A DNA stretch of 64,000 nt from Camelus ferus (taxonomy: Eukaryota): NCBI RefSeq assembly GCF_009834535.1, contig NC_045697.1, forward strand, positions 104,162,001 through 104,226,000, in the 5' to 3' direction. Every line of letters begins with the position of its first letter. Position 1 is the stretch's first letter. The notes under the pieces were generated by a model. It did not search any database. It worked only from the letters and a program-made list of their open reading frames with translations, and was not told where the DNA came from. The translations under genes were made by a program, and so were the position numbers. This document shows positions 11,595 through 24,864 of this stretch, piece by piece.

Positions 11595-13223
11595 AATTCT
11601 AAATTAATATTCAGCATTGGCCTCTTTCTAACCTTATGATCTTACAATCTTCCTTGCCTTATCTCAACGAGGCACAACTTTCTTTCACTTTTCTCAGACT
11701 ACCAACTCCTGCTACCCATCCTCACGTATCCCATCAAGCTTGGAGTACATAGGTAGGAAGAAGGCTTGAGTCCTGGAGCACGTGTCTCTGCTCTCAGTGT
11801 TCTTCTGTCCATCAGCCACATGGATATAATCGGCCAGCCCTAGCCTTGTACTTCTTCAATAAGAGTAACATCACTTAATCTATAAATATGCACGTATAAG
11901 CTACAAGAGAAACAAAATGCTAACTCGAGAGAAATAGATGTTTCTAAATATGCTCCTTTCCATTACTAACTAATATTTGCCACAGACATGAAGGATACAT
12001 GCAAAGCACTGTATCATTGGTTTAAAAAGGCAATTTGGCTTCCACGATGTTCATCCAAGTGCTCCAATTAGTTCAGTGCTTTCATAATTATGTATAATTC
12101 AGTTTGCATTGATGCATGAAATGTTTATTTCCCTAATTGTAACAAGCACTTAAATTAATTACACCCTAACCTTTTGATTCTATGGGCCAACTGTTGAGTC
12201 TTTTTGTTAATATTTTAAAGTCATGTCTTTTTATTTTTGAATTCCTCCCCCCTCCCCTCACTTCTTTGATGTGTTGTTTCTTACCCTTGTTTGGAAATCT
12301 CTACGGAATCTTCTCAGAATAATCTTGCCGTTTTCTTTTATGGCTGAAACTTTGCATTTTAACAGTTGTCTGGAGATAGTTTCTTCCTTGTGAAATATCG
12401 GTTTTAATAACAGGGAAAGAAAAATGCCATAAATCCTCACGAACCGCATAAAGCGGAAGTCTCTGAGAGACTGATTAACATGGAGGCACTACACAGGTTT
12501 TTCAGTAATTAGAGGATGTGTCTGCACGGAGCCAGGACAGCTCCGGCCTTGAAGCCATTTCCCAGGGCAGCCAGCAATTATTACAGCCCGGAGTACCTTT
12601 CTTATAGTCTATGCCTCTAGCTATGAAAGCTGTTTTCAAATAAAGGTCTCTTAATTTCACAAAAAGTTAACATCACGTTGGATGCACAACACTTTTCTGC
12701 TAACACCTTTGCCGCTCCGTTGGAAGAGAGCCCTCAGAGAGAAGGCAATTAGAAATCCCTAATTTGTTGTTCATCCACCCATAAAAGGTTAAGAATATTC
12801 TGGTCTCTGATTACATGAACCGAGCAGAGGGCAGATCTGGGCTCCCGCAGTGCCCTAGCTAACTGCTTACTCTATCCGCAAATGCTGCTGAAAATCCTCT
12901 TCAGAGCACAGGAGTGAGTTCGCAGTTTTCTTGTGGGTTTGAGAATTTTTTTTTTGTCTCAGTGAATTATAGATAGTAAATAGAGTGTGGAAAGGGTTGT
13001 CATTTTTCCTTTTGGTACAGTGCTCAGTATACTCTCAGCATGCAATAAATGCTCAGTGTTAGCCCCGCTGATTTTAGAGGAAAAAAATTCATATAATAGT
13101 TCATCACCGGTAACCACAAAGCTCTACTTCCTGATTCACAATTGCTTGTATGGTCTGGATGTAATGCAGCCTTAGGAACAATTATGAATAAGTAGCTTAC
13201 TTCAATATATTACTTTTTTTTCC

Positions 13224-13715
13224 AAGAATGAAATAATGCCATATGCAGCAACTTGGATGGACCTAGAGATTTTCATAATAAGTGAAGTAAGTCAGAGAAA
13301 GACAAATACCGTATGATATCACTCATATCTAGAATCCAAAAAAAATGACACAAATGAAGTTATTTACAAAACAGAAACATATTCACAGACATAGAAAGCA
13401 ATCTTATGGTTACCAGAGGAGAAATGGGGGATGTGGAAGAATAAATTAGGCATTTGGGATTTGCAGATACAAACTAATAGACAGATACATAGATAGATAG
13501 GTAGGTAGATAATAGATAAACAAGGTCCTACTGTGTAGCACAGGGAACTATATTCAATATCTTGTAATAACCTCTAATGAAAAAGAATATGAAAAAGAAT
13601 GGATTTATATATACATATATATATCTGAATCATATACATATATATAACTGAATCAGTATGCTGTACACCAGAAACTAACAGAACATTGTAAATCAACTAT
13701 TCTTCAATAAAAAAT
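13224..13715 (+). mobile_element. 5'-truncated older L1 3' end
   Basis: 'aagaatgaaataatgccatatgcagcaacttggatggacctagag', 'ctactgtgtagcacagggaactatattcaatatcttgtaataacc' and terminal 'tcaataaaaaa'. Same family as 11035-11594. Confidence 0.9.
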
Positions 13716-14485
13716 ATATATAGATATATGGATAACTTTTTCCAATGAGTGCAGATGAAACATTAACTCCACGATAAACTTGCCGAACCATAAGTCATCT
13801 GCCTGGTGAGCTTTCTATTAAATAAGCAACATGTACTATAAATGACAAGAGAAAATTCATCTCATCAGTCAAGGTGATTGACTTGGCATTGAATTATCCT
13901 TCACCTATTCTTTCTGTTCTGACAATTCAACCATTTAATTTAGCCAAATGGGTAAACTGAGTCCTGAACAAAAGTCTCTTTAACCTGGAGTGGTCTAGGG
14001 GTGGGTTTTAATGAAGAAAAGGAAAGGCAAAGAAAGGAGCTGAAAGAAGAAAGCTGAGAAAGGTAAGCAAACCCAAATGTTGCCAGCTCTCTGGCAGTGC
14101 AAATGAGCAATTCGGAGATGAAGTCCTAAAGCTGAGAAAGTTGACCAGATCCGTGTCTCCTTCCCATGGGAGATACAGCATATAGGATCTCTGGTCAATT
14201 GAATACACTGCATCCTGGGAGATGGCGCCCCACATTTCACAGTGTTACCATCGAACTGGTGCTTCAGTTGTACTTTTATAAGGCTACTCCAGAGTCATAT
14301 GAGACCAGCTGTCCTGGGTGGTTTAATAGGTAATACGAAGCCCTGGACAGAAAAGGCAAATTCAAACCTAGATTAGGTATCTATTCCTGTGAAATCCTGG
14401 CTCTTCTAGGATAGAAGATTCCAGGATTTATCTTCCAGGATTTATCTTTGGTCTTTGGAGTTCAGATGTCCAGTAAGAGCTCAGA

Positions 14486-14663
14486 CAACTGGCTTTTCAA
14501 TTTGGCTGCACACTGGACTCTCCTGGGTAGTTCAGAACGACATCAATGCCTGGGTCTCACTTCCAGAGATTCTAATTTAATTGGTAAGAGGTACAGCCTG
14601 GATATTAGGGGTTTTTAAGCTTTCTAGGGGATTTTAATGTGCAGCAAAATTTGAGCACTACTC
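14486..14663. mobile_element. MER5A1-like hAT-Charlie MITE
   Basis: Quasi-palindromic 'ttggctgcacactgga...cagagattctaatttaattgg...ttttaatgtgcagcaaaatttgagcactac'. Confidence 0.75.
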
Positions 14664-15577
14664 TAGAAATTATGTGGTGAAAGTTCACAGAAGGGGGAAT
14701 TCTCTCTGTGTTGGAATTCTGGACATATCAGAATAGTCTTATACTAAAATTGTGACAATTAGCTGTGATGTTGTGGACAGGACTCAGTTGCAGAAAACAG
14801 AAGCTACTCTATTCAGTTTAAGTAGAAATGAATTTATCTTGGAACATTAAATAGATTATAGACCACTGAGGAAGCTGAAGAAATAGACTGTCAGCTGAGC
14901 TTTAAGAAACAACTTTGAAAACCATGTTTTGGAATTGAGTCATTCAGGGAGCTGCTACCGAATCGCGAAGTTACTGCTATAGCTGCTAATCCCCAAGACA
15001 GACCTCCATTCCCAGGCTGAGGATTAAAGTGGCCTTCAGAAACAGGCATGGCAAAGAAACCACCAAGAACTAGGCGCTTTAAAGATGGGTTTGAGAAACG
15101 CAGAGAACGTTTCTCTCAGGCAGTTGAGGGGACCCTAGGTGAATGAAAAGAAATGTGGTAGGTGCCCAATAGGATTAAAGGCAGAAAGAACAGCGTGGCA
15201 AACGTACAGAGGGGGGAAAGAGCACGGAAAGAGTACAGGGATCTGAAAGTAGCTGGTTATAACAGGGGCAAAGGACGAAAGTGGTGGCGGGGTGAAAAAT
15301 AAGAAAAGAAAGGATTGATGCAAGTGGAAGAGACAGGAAAAGTGTGATCCCGTTTGAGATGTAAATTTAAAATTTAGAAATTCAGTGAGATTCCAAAAGG
15401 CAGCTTAGTACCACAGCCAAGGGCACAGTCTCTGGAGATAGACTCCTTGATGGGGGTGTCAGCACCAACACTTATGAGCTGTGTGACCTAGGGCATGTGA
15501 TTTAGCCTCTTTGTGGGAATTAACATATATAAATGATTACACAGAGCATGACATATAATATCACTTTTAAAAGCATT

Positions 15578-15579
<2 letters not shown>

Positions 15580-15609
<30 letters not shown>
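15580..15609. repeat. (GAT)10 microsatellite
   Basis: Direct inspection. Confidence 0.95.
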
Positions 15610-15610
<1 letters not shown>

Positions 15611-17229
15611 AACAACAGTAAAGAATGAAAGAAGACCTCTCTCAGGGTTAATGCTACAAGTTGTGGGTTGTCTACTCTCTTGAGAACCCCATCCGTACCT
15701 CAGAAGGATGTGGTTTTGTTGAGAATCACTACATGAAAGTGAAAAAAAGCAAAAGTTCACATGCTTTTATAAGAGTCCAAGTAGGAGACAGATGCTGAAG
15801 ACCTGAACTAAGGCAGTAGCAGAGGAGAAGAATTAGAATCTTGAGATAGTTAGGAGGTAAAATTAATCACTTGGTAATGAATCAACTTTAAAGAGAGAAA
15901 GGTATGAAAAATGATAGTGAAATAGTTGGGTAGATACTTGTGCCCTTAGCTGAGCTAGGGACAGGTAAAGGAATTGGGATGGGTGAGGAAGAAAGAACAA
16001 GAGAATTGTAGACACGTTCACTCTGGGCTAGTGAGTAACATCCAGGTTGTTATTACCTGGAACTCAAGACATGCAGGCAGGGCCAGAGAAACCAACTGGC
16101 AAGTCAGTGAGAGCTTGGGTGTAGAATGCTTTGCCCATGAGATGATTTCAGATTGTTTGCCATGATTTAAGATGATTTAAGGAAAGGGCTAAAAAAAGGT
16201 GTGGTCAGAACAAAGGAGGATTTATCAGACTGGTACAGAATTGTAAATGGACCATGGGGCTTGGCAGATGGGCAAAGAATTCTTGGATGATAGTGAAGAG
16301 AGCTCTCTGAAGTGGCTTACCACTTCAGAATTAAAACCATGAGAAGAAACCTAGTGAATTGGGAGGATGTCTAAGGGATGAATGGTTAGGGGTCACGGAG
16401 TAACTTTGGCGGATCAGGTGGAATGAGAGAGGTAACATGAATAAACACTGACAGCAGTTATTTTCCACACAATTTGCAGTACGATTAATCATATGCTGTC
16501 TTTTGGCGTCTCCTTCATAAAGTTTTATTTATATCTTTCATTATTATTAACTCTATGCCTTTTTCATTTTGTTTCTCTAGCTATATTTTAAAATTATTTG
16601 ACGACAGGGACTGTCACATATTTTTCCACATTTCACATCTGATAAAGTGCTACAGACAGGGTGCTCAATAATTATTTGTTGACTTAATGTTAACATCATT
16701 TTGATGTGAAAACAGCTCAAGGGCTTGGAGATGATGCAGTACTGAGTGATCTCACGGGGGATGCCCCTGTGTTGGGGAGTGGGGCTGAAAGTCCCTAAAC
16801 TAAAAAAAGAAGAGGACTGTGAGATCAGAATCCTGGTTGGATCATCCAGGTGCATCTGAGTTATAGATGCTAACTCATTACAGGGTTGAGAAGGAAAGAA
16901 TGTTTTATAGCAAGGATACAAACACTGTCTTTGCATTTGAATCACTCCACATCTGTACCTAAACCTTCAAATATGTGTCTTGCTCATTGCAAAAACTCAG
17001 TGACTGCATTCAGGCAGAATTCAGGTGCCTGAGTGCAGATATCTATTCCTCGGTGAAGCCCAAAATGTGAACACACCTCCGTGCAGGGGCTTTGTATATT
17101 TACTGGGATAGTTCCTTTATGCACAGGTGCACAGCTGAAAAATTCCCATAAAAAAATCAAACAGTAACTTCTATTTCTAGCAATATCTGGTGTTCTAGAG
17201 AAAACCTTCCACAGTAGCACATCATACCA

Positions 17230-17765
17230 AAAATATTTTTAATAAGCTTTATCAAGGTAAAATTCATTGAGTTTGGGCAAACATAAGTCTTGAAACCATT
17301 ATCATATCTGATATGCAATATTTCCATCACCTAAAGTTCTCTCACGAGCTTTTTCGTGACTCAGAAAGTTCCATCCCCACTTTCCCATGTTCAAGCAAGC
17401 ACAGATATGCTTCTGTTACTAAACTTTAGCATTTTCTGGAATTTCATGGAAATAGAATCATATGGTATGTAATCTTTGGTATCTAACTTCTTTCACTTAG
17501 CATAAAGCTTTTGAGATTCATCTATGCTATGGTGCTTACCCCAGTGTGTGGCTTTTCTTGTTGGATAATATTCCATTGTATGAAAATTGAATGTTACAAT
17601 TTTTTAATCAATTCATGAGCTTATGGATATTTAATTTTTAAATTTATTATAAATAAAACCGTTGTGATCATTTGAGTACAAGTCCTCGTGTGGATATATA
17701 AAGATATATTTTATCTTGGGAAAACACCTAGGAATAGCATTACTGGGTCATATGGTAAACAGATC
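17230..17765 (-). mobile_element. Ancient L1M 3' region fragment
   Basis: Antisense L1 3' motifs 'aatagaatcatatggtatgtaatctttgg...cttctttcacttagcataaag...ttgagattcatc' and 'cctaggaatagcattactgggtcatatggtaa'. Confidence 0.75.
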
Positions 17766-18349
17766 TTTCTGCGGAAGTGAATCAGCAGATCAGCAAGAAC
17801 ATGACGATTGTTGGAAGCTCCAGAGTATGGAACTATTTCACAGTTTTTCTTCCCCTCTGCTTTCTGGAATCTTAGCAACTTAGGAAAGCTAGGAGATCTT
17901 TAATTTCTCCCTTTTCTCATCCCCAGACTAGAGGAACTAACCTAGAAGACGGGAGAGTAGGCAGAGACCTGGAACCATGTTTTCACCACCCTGTTAGAGC
18001 CTACAGTCATAAACTCCACCTACATCAGGAGTAAGAAAGGAAAGTTTTGGATGCGATTGAGATCAGAGATAAGATGACAAGGACAAATCTTAAATACACA
18101 AATGGTACTGGACAAATAGCTGGAAGTAGCTGAGAAGTGATGGCTTCCTGCCAAGGTGTTAAGGAGAGGTTGACTCTGACAGCAGTGGGTGATGAGAGAT
18201 TTAAGGGGGTCATGAGTAAAGACGTGAAGACCAAGCAAGAAGCCTGTGAAGATCTGTCAAAGGATGAGAAGGGTCTAATGATTCTTACAAGCTTGTTAGT
18301 TAGAAATACGACTCTGGCTAAAATGAAAAAGGAAGAGATATGTGAATAT

Positions 18350-18590
18350 TGTTGGACACTGTGGTACAGAATGATTGAGAGACTTGTCCACAGTCACAGT
18401 GTTGGGATCATGAGTCAGAAAACCCACCTTCTATTCTCCAGTTCCATCATTTACATGGACAAAGCATTAAACTTCATTGAACCCCAGTTTCATTCTGTAA
18501 TGAGTAGACAATATTTATTTTAAAGGCTTTGGTAGGGCTCAAGCAAGATGACCTACGAGAAAGCATTTTGAAAAGTTAAAAATGTGAGAC
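18350..18590 (+). mobile_element. MIR SINE fragment
   Basis: 'ggacaaagcattaaacttcattgaaccccagtttcattctgtaatgagtagacaata' resembles the MIR core. Confidence 0.55.
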
Positions 18591-19459
18591 TGCATCATTA
18601 ACAAACCAATACAATTAACCTGATTTCTGTATATTAAACCTCTAAAGTATTTTCTTTATGTCAGGCTGGTGAGGTTAGATGGTCAGGGAAATGGGGAAGA
18701 AAGCAAAGGAAGATGAAAGAACTGCATTTGGCCATCATTTTGGCCAGTGCCAAGAGACAGGCAGGAAGGAAAGAGCCCTTAATCCGATTGCCTGAAAGCT
18801 CACACGCACACCTTTCATCCTCCTGGCAGGTGGAGCACACAGCCTCCACCCAGCATAGTCTCACTTACGCACAGTTTTGCAGATAAGGAAGCTGCAGCTG
18901 CTCACTTGCGAAAATATTTCCAAAGCCACTAATAAAAAGGTAACACGCTATGTGCTATGAGAGATGACAAGCGCACCCTGGGATGAATGACGGGTAAAGA
19001 ACTGTCATCTCTCTTCTCAAAATCAGGCTATCGCCAGCTCATGTGGCTTGGCACCTGTGGCTTGTTAGCAATTATGTGTGGAAGTCAGCCCATTCAAAGT
19101 TGCCCCTGTGGAGCAGTTTGAGGCTCTTGGCCTTCCGTCTGTCTTTATATGGTTTCGGGGCACTCCAATATGTGTTTGAGAAGAAGCTTTAAAAATCAGT
19201 TTTCTCTCTCTTTTCCACATTTTCTCCCATTTTGTTTTTAAGTGTGATCTGATTAGTTTTTAATCCAGAATTCAAGGAGGAAAGGGAGTAGCAATCCCTT
19301 TGGGTGTGATGACTTGGGTTATACTTGGACTCAGTTTTGGAATAAATTTTGTGATCCTGATTCATAGTTGAATTGGTGGGTGTTTCAAAGTTGTTTGAGC
19401 TACAACAGGACTTGTTTTTTGATAAGTAATATTAAGTATAATAAGAAAAAATTATTTTT

Positions 19460-19590
19460 TCACTTAAAATGTACCAGGCACTGTTCAAGTACTTCATATG
19501 AATCATCTCATTTAATCCTCAGTATAATGCCATGATTAGCCCCATTTTCCATATGAGAAAACTGAGGTACAAGGATGTTAAGTAATTTAC
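19460..19590 (-). mobile_element. MIR SINE fragment
   Basis: 'atctcatttaatcctc...ccccattttccatatgagaaaactgaggtacaaggatgttaagtaattt'. Confidence 0.7.
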
Positions 19591-19828
19591 TTACTTGATA
19601 TGTATAATATACACACTTATATTTTACAGAAATACAAAGTTATACAAAATGCCAAATGATTTCCTTAAATCACAACATTCATTCTGTAATTCCCTAGCCT
19701 AGAAATCTTTTAATAAACACCCTTTGTCTATCAAATTAAGCGTGAATGCCCTATCCTGACATAGCAGAGCTCTCAAATTTTGATCCTACCTCCCTTCTAC
19801 ACTCCTGCTTTCCAGCAATTTCCTAACC

Positions 19829-20045
19829 CAGTCGTCCTCAACCAAGAGAGAGTTTGCCCCCTGGGGGATATCTAGCAATGTCTGCAAGTGTTTTGAACTG
19901 TCACAAGTTGGGAGCTGTTACTGGCATCTAGTACATAGAGGTCAGTGACCCTGAAAAACATCTTGAAATGCAAAGAATAATCCCTTCCCATAACAAGGGA
20001 TAATCCAGTCCAAACTATCAGTAGCACCAAGGTTGAAAAACCCTG
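19829..20045 (+). mobile_element. MER20 hAT-Charlie element
   Basis: TIRs cagtcgtcctcaacc / ggttgaaaaaccctg. Internal 'tttgccccctgggggatatctagcaatgtctg' and 'ctgttactggcatctagtacatagagg'. About 217 bp. Confidence 0.85.
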
Positions 20046-20142
20046 ACCTAATTTACTCTCTAGACAAACAGGACAACTTGCGGTTTCTTAAATAGCCTCT
20101 GTGTGTTTCATCTTTGTAGCTTTCTTTCAATTATTCCAATAA

Positions 20143-20631
20143 TGTAATAGGGAAGAACAGAGCTGACTCCATGTTGGGTCTGTTTCTTCTACTGTAACCT
20201 TTGCATTCTATCGCTTTGCTACAAGCTAATCACTAAAGGGATGTTACCTATAAGCTTAAATGATACATAATGGCCCATCTCTGGGAACCCTGCCTCCAAA
20301 GTAATGAGTGTTAAGCTGAAGAACTTTTGTTCAGCTCACAGGAGACATCCCGACCAGGCCCACCTGTGAACGACTGCAGGCAGGAAGGAATGAACACATC
20401 CCCTTCGGAGGCTGACTGGAACCAGGAAATGTTTGACTTTACTCCCTCCCCATTTAGTATAAAAGAAGCATTAATTCTAACACAGGCAAGATGGTTCTTT
20501 GGGACAGTAGACCACCATCTTCTTGGTCTGCTGGCTTTCCAAATAAAGTCACTATTCCTTGCCCCAACAGCTCATCCCCGGATACACTGGCCTGTCGTGC
20601 GGTGAGCACCATGAGCTTGGACTCGGTAGCA
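20143..20631 (+). mobile_element. ERV1-class (MER41-like) solo LTR, 489 bp
   Basis: TG...CA termini (tgtaatagg / ctcggtagca). Perfect 4-bp TSD ATAA (20139-20142 / 20632-20635). TATAAAA at 20458 and AATAAA at 20542. The subfamily label is tentative. Confidence 0.85.
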
Positions 20632-20680
20632 ATAAGGTACTTGTCCACAGATCATATTCTCAGTCTCAAGGGCAAGGCAA

Positions 20681-20838
20681 TGGTGGTTCTTAAGCTTTGC
20701 TGCACATTGAAATCAACTAGGTAATTTTAAAATTCCTGCTGCCTGAGTTACATTCTTAGAGATTTCTATTTAATTGATACAAGGACTTTTAAAGGTCCTC
20801 AGGTGACTCAAATGCATAGCAAAGTTTGAGAACCATCA
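20681..20838. mobile_element. MER5A1-like MITE
   Basis: 'gtggttcttaagctttgctgcacattgaaatca...caggtgactcaaatgcatagcaaagtttgagaacca'. Confidence 0.75.
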
Positions 20839-21605
20839 TGCTAGAGATGTTAATTTCACAGACAGACTGAGTCTATGTCCTAGCCATGCCCAAGTCCTTC
20901 CCCAAGGCCCTTTCACTGCCACGGACTTAGGGCAATGCATATCCTCAGTAAATGATTTTGGCCCCAGGAGGACACTGTGGATTATCAAAATTTGATTATG
21001 TTAAGAACAAAGCACCCTTGTTGTCTAGAAGGGGTGCTGAGTGGGTCACCATGGAAAACCATCAGGGCCTGGTGAGTTAGTCAATCCTCTTGGACCACTG
21101 GAATTTAAAGCTTTGCTTCTCCTTTTTCATCCCTAAGTTTAGGTTTCTCATCGTGTCCATTCAGCTATGTGGAGAACTGGGACCTACGTCACTCCCCAAA
21201 GAGAGGGAGAAGTCTCCCTTGGCCTGTCTTTTAGGGGCTTTGATACAGATGCACTTGCCGCACATGAACTGGAGCAGAAATGCTTGAGATAAAGTGGGGA
21301 GAGCAAGAACGAAAGAGAGAAAATCCTATGTTTACTACTGATGATGGAGCATCCAGGCGGCACTGAGAGCTGTCCGGGGATGTGTTACTCTGCACGTCGG
21401 GGTCCTCACTATTTGGCCCTCCACCTAAATGCGGGGCGTGATCGTGTGCCGTTGTAGACGGGGGCGTGTGGGCATCCTATGTGCTCACCAGGCCAGCTTA
21501 TTCTGTGTCTGAACTATTTTGCAGTGCTTCCCATTTTGCCATTGGCTAGTTCATCAGCTTCAGAAATGAGCATTACCAGACAATATTAAAAGAATACGTA
21601 GTGTT

Positions 21606-21746
21606 GGGGAAGGGTATTATAGCTCAGTGGTAGAGTGTGTGCTTTGCACACATTAGGTCCTGGGGTCAATCCTCAGCACCTCCATTTAAAAAATAAATGA
21701 ACCTAATTACCTCCTGCCATGGAAAAACAAAAAAAAATTTTTTTTT
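21606..21746 (+). mobile_element. tRNA-Ala-derived SINE (Vic-1-like, camelid), long form
   Basis: A box tagctcagtgg, degenerate B box ggtcaatcc, tail 'acctaattacctcc' plus A-rich run. TSD aaagaatacgtagtgt / aaggaatacattgtgt (13/16). Confidence 0.85.
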
Positions 21747-23089
21747 AAGGAATACATTGTGTGAAATTCAGTGAGGACCAACAGCATCTGCATGGTGTTC
21801 CTAACCAAGGGAATGCCATATTTTCAGAAAATGCCACTTGTAGTAGTACCTTTTCTTGATTTCATAGATTTCCCCAGAAAAACAATCATGAAAGCAGCTC
21901 CTGAAATTCAAGGCCTTAGGCATTTATAAAAAAAAACTTCCTATATGAGATGAGGACATTTTCTGCTGAATTTTTAAACACAGTTCATGGGGCCCCCTAT
22001 AGTCAGAATGAGTTTCATGCTGAGATTTTTTTTTTTCCTTGAATAAGTTTAGAGCTGGCATGGCAGATAATGAGGGCGTTTTAGCATGCACGACAAGGCG
22101 GGAGTTAATGTCTCCGGTTGACACCAATTCTTATCGAGCTAAATACTGCAGAAATGAAAAGTAAGGTTTGCTACTTCCGTGTAAATTTCATCAGAGAAGA
22201 AAAAATACTATAAGGGATAAAATCAAATTCTCCAAGTGAATTTTTAAAAAATGTATTTTATAATAGGCATTATTCTAACTTCGAATCCTTGAGAAAGACT
22301 TAAGATGCTGTGGTTTGGTGCCTGATGTCCAATATAGCTGTTTTCTGTTCATAGCATGATACTGGCTTGTTAAGCTTCAGCTCAAGGTCACCTGACACTC
22401 TGTAGTCAATTCTCTTTGAGCATGAAGCTTTGAAAGGAAAACTTATCACAAAACACAGGGTCCCTTTCTGTACTGCCTGGTCTCAGTGAGATGCTGTAAA
22501 TAAAACATTGGTGAACTCAAACACAAGCAGACAGATCTTTGGAAATGATCTGGAAGAAATCTGGATAAACAAAGAATTGCTTCTGGGGAACCTGGCAGGA
22601 CACATCAGCCCACCTTGTCCTAAGTGTAACTGATCAGGAAGTTACTTGTAGTTACATCACAGACGCAGGGAAACAAATGATCTCCTGGAAGAGCTCTTGT
22701 TAGGGAGACTTAACCACATCACTACCCCTGCAGCCCTTGAGATAACATGTTTATACAAAACAAAGCAAACCCACTTGTAAATAACCCTCCAGACACAGGC
22801 GTGCAGTGGAGGCAAATACTATGAACCAGGGCTCCATTCGCTTTAGGTAACAGGAAAAGAGGCATGACTGCAAGATTCCGGATCCTTGGAAACTCTAGGT
22901 TCTGATTCATCAGGGCTCACACCCAGAGTCTGAAAGTGTGATTTAAGTCCGGAACGCTGCTCCCTTCCTGCTCATCCTTCAATGGTCTCTCCTAAGGATC
23001 GTCTAGTCTGTAATTCTTACAAGTGAAAACTTTTTCTCCAGTTTTGATCAAATCCTGTTTTGAAAATGATAGAGTAGGTGGCATTTTAT

Positions 23090-23260
23090 TCTCATTAGAG
23101 TGCTGTCATTTGCAAGCCCTGTGACCTTGCACACCTCCCTCGTCTGTGAAAATGGGTATAGCCATATTCTTGCTTCTTGGAGTTGTGAGAACTGAATGAG
23201 CTCAGGCCCATAAAGCCCGTGGGTGGTATCTGGCCCCTAGTATGGGATTTATAAATGTTA
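23090..23260 (+). mobile_element. MIR SINE fragment
   Basis: 'ctgtgaccttgcacacctccctcgtctgtgaaaatgggtatagc...gttgtgagaactgaatgag'. Confidence 0.6.
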
Positions 23261-24864
23261 GCACAGACAAGGCCAAGACAAGAAAACACTCCACAATTGC
23301 ATCAAACTTCCCTAACACATCGGGATACCCCATGAAACCCATTCGAGTTTGTTCTGTTTTCAAATAAAAAGGAGAGGTGTGGTACAGTACATTTCCCTAA
23401 GATCTCTGGCTTTATTCCCTTTAGATCTGTCTTTATAGGCATCCCAGTTTATTGGTCAAAGCTTCTTTTCATGGTGGACCACACTGCATGACACACAAGT
23501 GAGAGGTGGAAACAGCTTCTCTGCATCCATGATGTTGCTTTTCTCGTTCACTGTTAACTAGCAAGGTGAAATGAAGGTCATGGTGTCTAGGGTCATCCCA
23601 TGATCTGAGAAGTACTTTGACCGCATGCTTCCAAGAAGTCCCTTGACCCCATGCTCCCACTCCAGCCAAAGACCAATGGAGATCATAAGCTTGACTAGCC
23701 CCCTACAGGGAGGGAGTGGCCCTCTGTGGGTGTTAATGACACCAGAATTGATTACATCAACAGGGACAGCCTTCCCCCTCCTCAGCTTCCCTCGAAGCCA
23801 GAGAAGGAGAGATGTCTCTCCTATATCACTTCCCAGTTATTATTTCAGAAATGGTTTGCTGAACACTTACCTAAAATTGGAAATTAGGGTTAATGCAGAG
23901 AGCTGTGAATTCCTTGGGGCTTACATAAACAAGGTAGGCTTGGTGTGAATCTGAATCATCTACAAATGTCACTCCTGGATATCCAGGAGGTTTTCTAACT
24001 GGCTGGACCTGCCCTTATGCGAGAGAGGAGTCAGCAATACCTATTAAGTATCTCATTCTCATGGAGGAATTTTTTTGTTGTTTAGTTGAGCTCTGTAACT
24101 CATTTCCAAAAGCACCCAAATAGTTTAAATTTTTATAAGTTTGCATGCACCGATCACTTCCCTTGAATAGCTAAGTAAGGAAGGCAGGGAGGGCTGAAGG
24201 GAAGTTTTCCTGTGAATACAGTGTTTTTGACTGGATTAACATTTTCCTGCTAGAATTGCACGTCCTCTTAGCTCTCAGAAGGTCCCAATTAGGCCTGACA
24301 CATTGCCATCATAGCGCACGTATTCCCCGTAACAACCGTATTAAGCTCAATTGGTGCTGGGGGAGTTTTAAAGTAGGTTTTCCAACCCGTGTGGGTGGAC
24401 AGATTCCTCCTTCATCACCCACACGCCTTCCCCCAGCCCGTCGCAAACTCCTATTATAACACCCTGCCTAGGAATATGCTAGCTGCCGACACAGTTGGTG
24501 TTTATTTGTCAATAATTTTATAAGCCTGAAACACAGAAAACCATCCTGCCTACACTGGCTAGAAAAAAATCGCACTAAAATACTGTAGATTTTGTGAAGC
24601 AGGTCAGAAGTTATAAGAAATTAGCCAGTTGAGAACTTCAAGTTTTAAATATCCCCGAACGAAATTTAAATAGCTCCTATCTGATGAGAAGACTGAAAAA
24701 GGAACCCCATCCATGAAGCCATTGCTTTGCTGAAGTGATTTCCCCACCTGTGTTAATTTGTTACTGGGCATTGGGACATGCACAGAAGCACCCATCAACT
24801 CACAGAACATCCATTTTTTTGTCAAGATTCTCATTCATGGATCCTTCTCAAGTCAAGATGACTC

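Noticed and set aside
15488..15760. ORF with poly-His run (similarly the VC/HT-repeat ORFs at ~6000-6380 and poly-Lys ORFs at ~56305 and ~60988)
   Set aside because: These are translations of microsatellites or low-complexity tracts.
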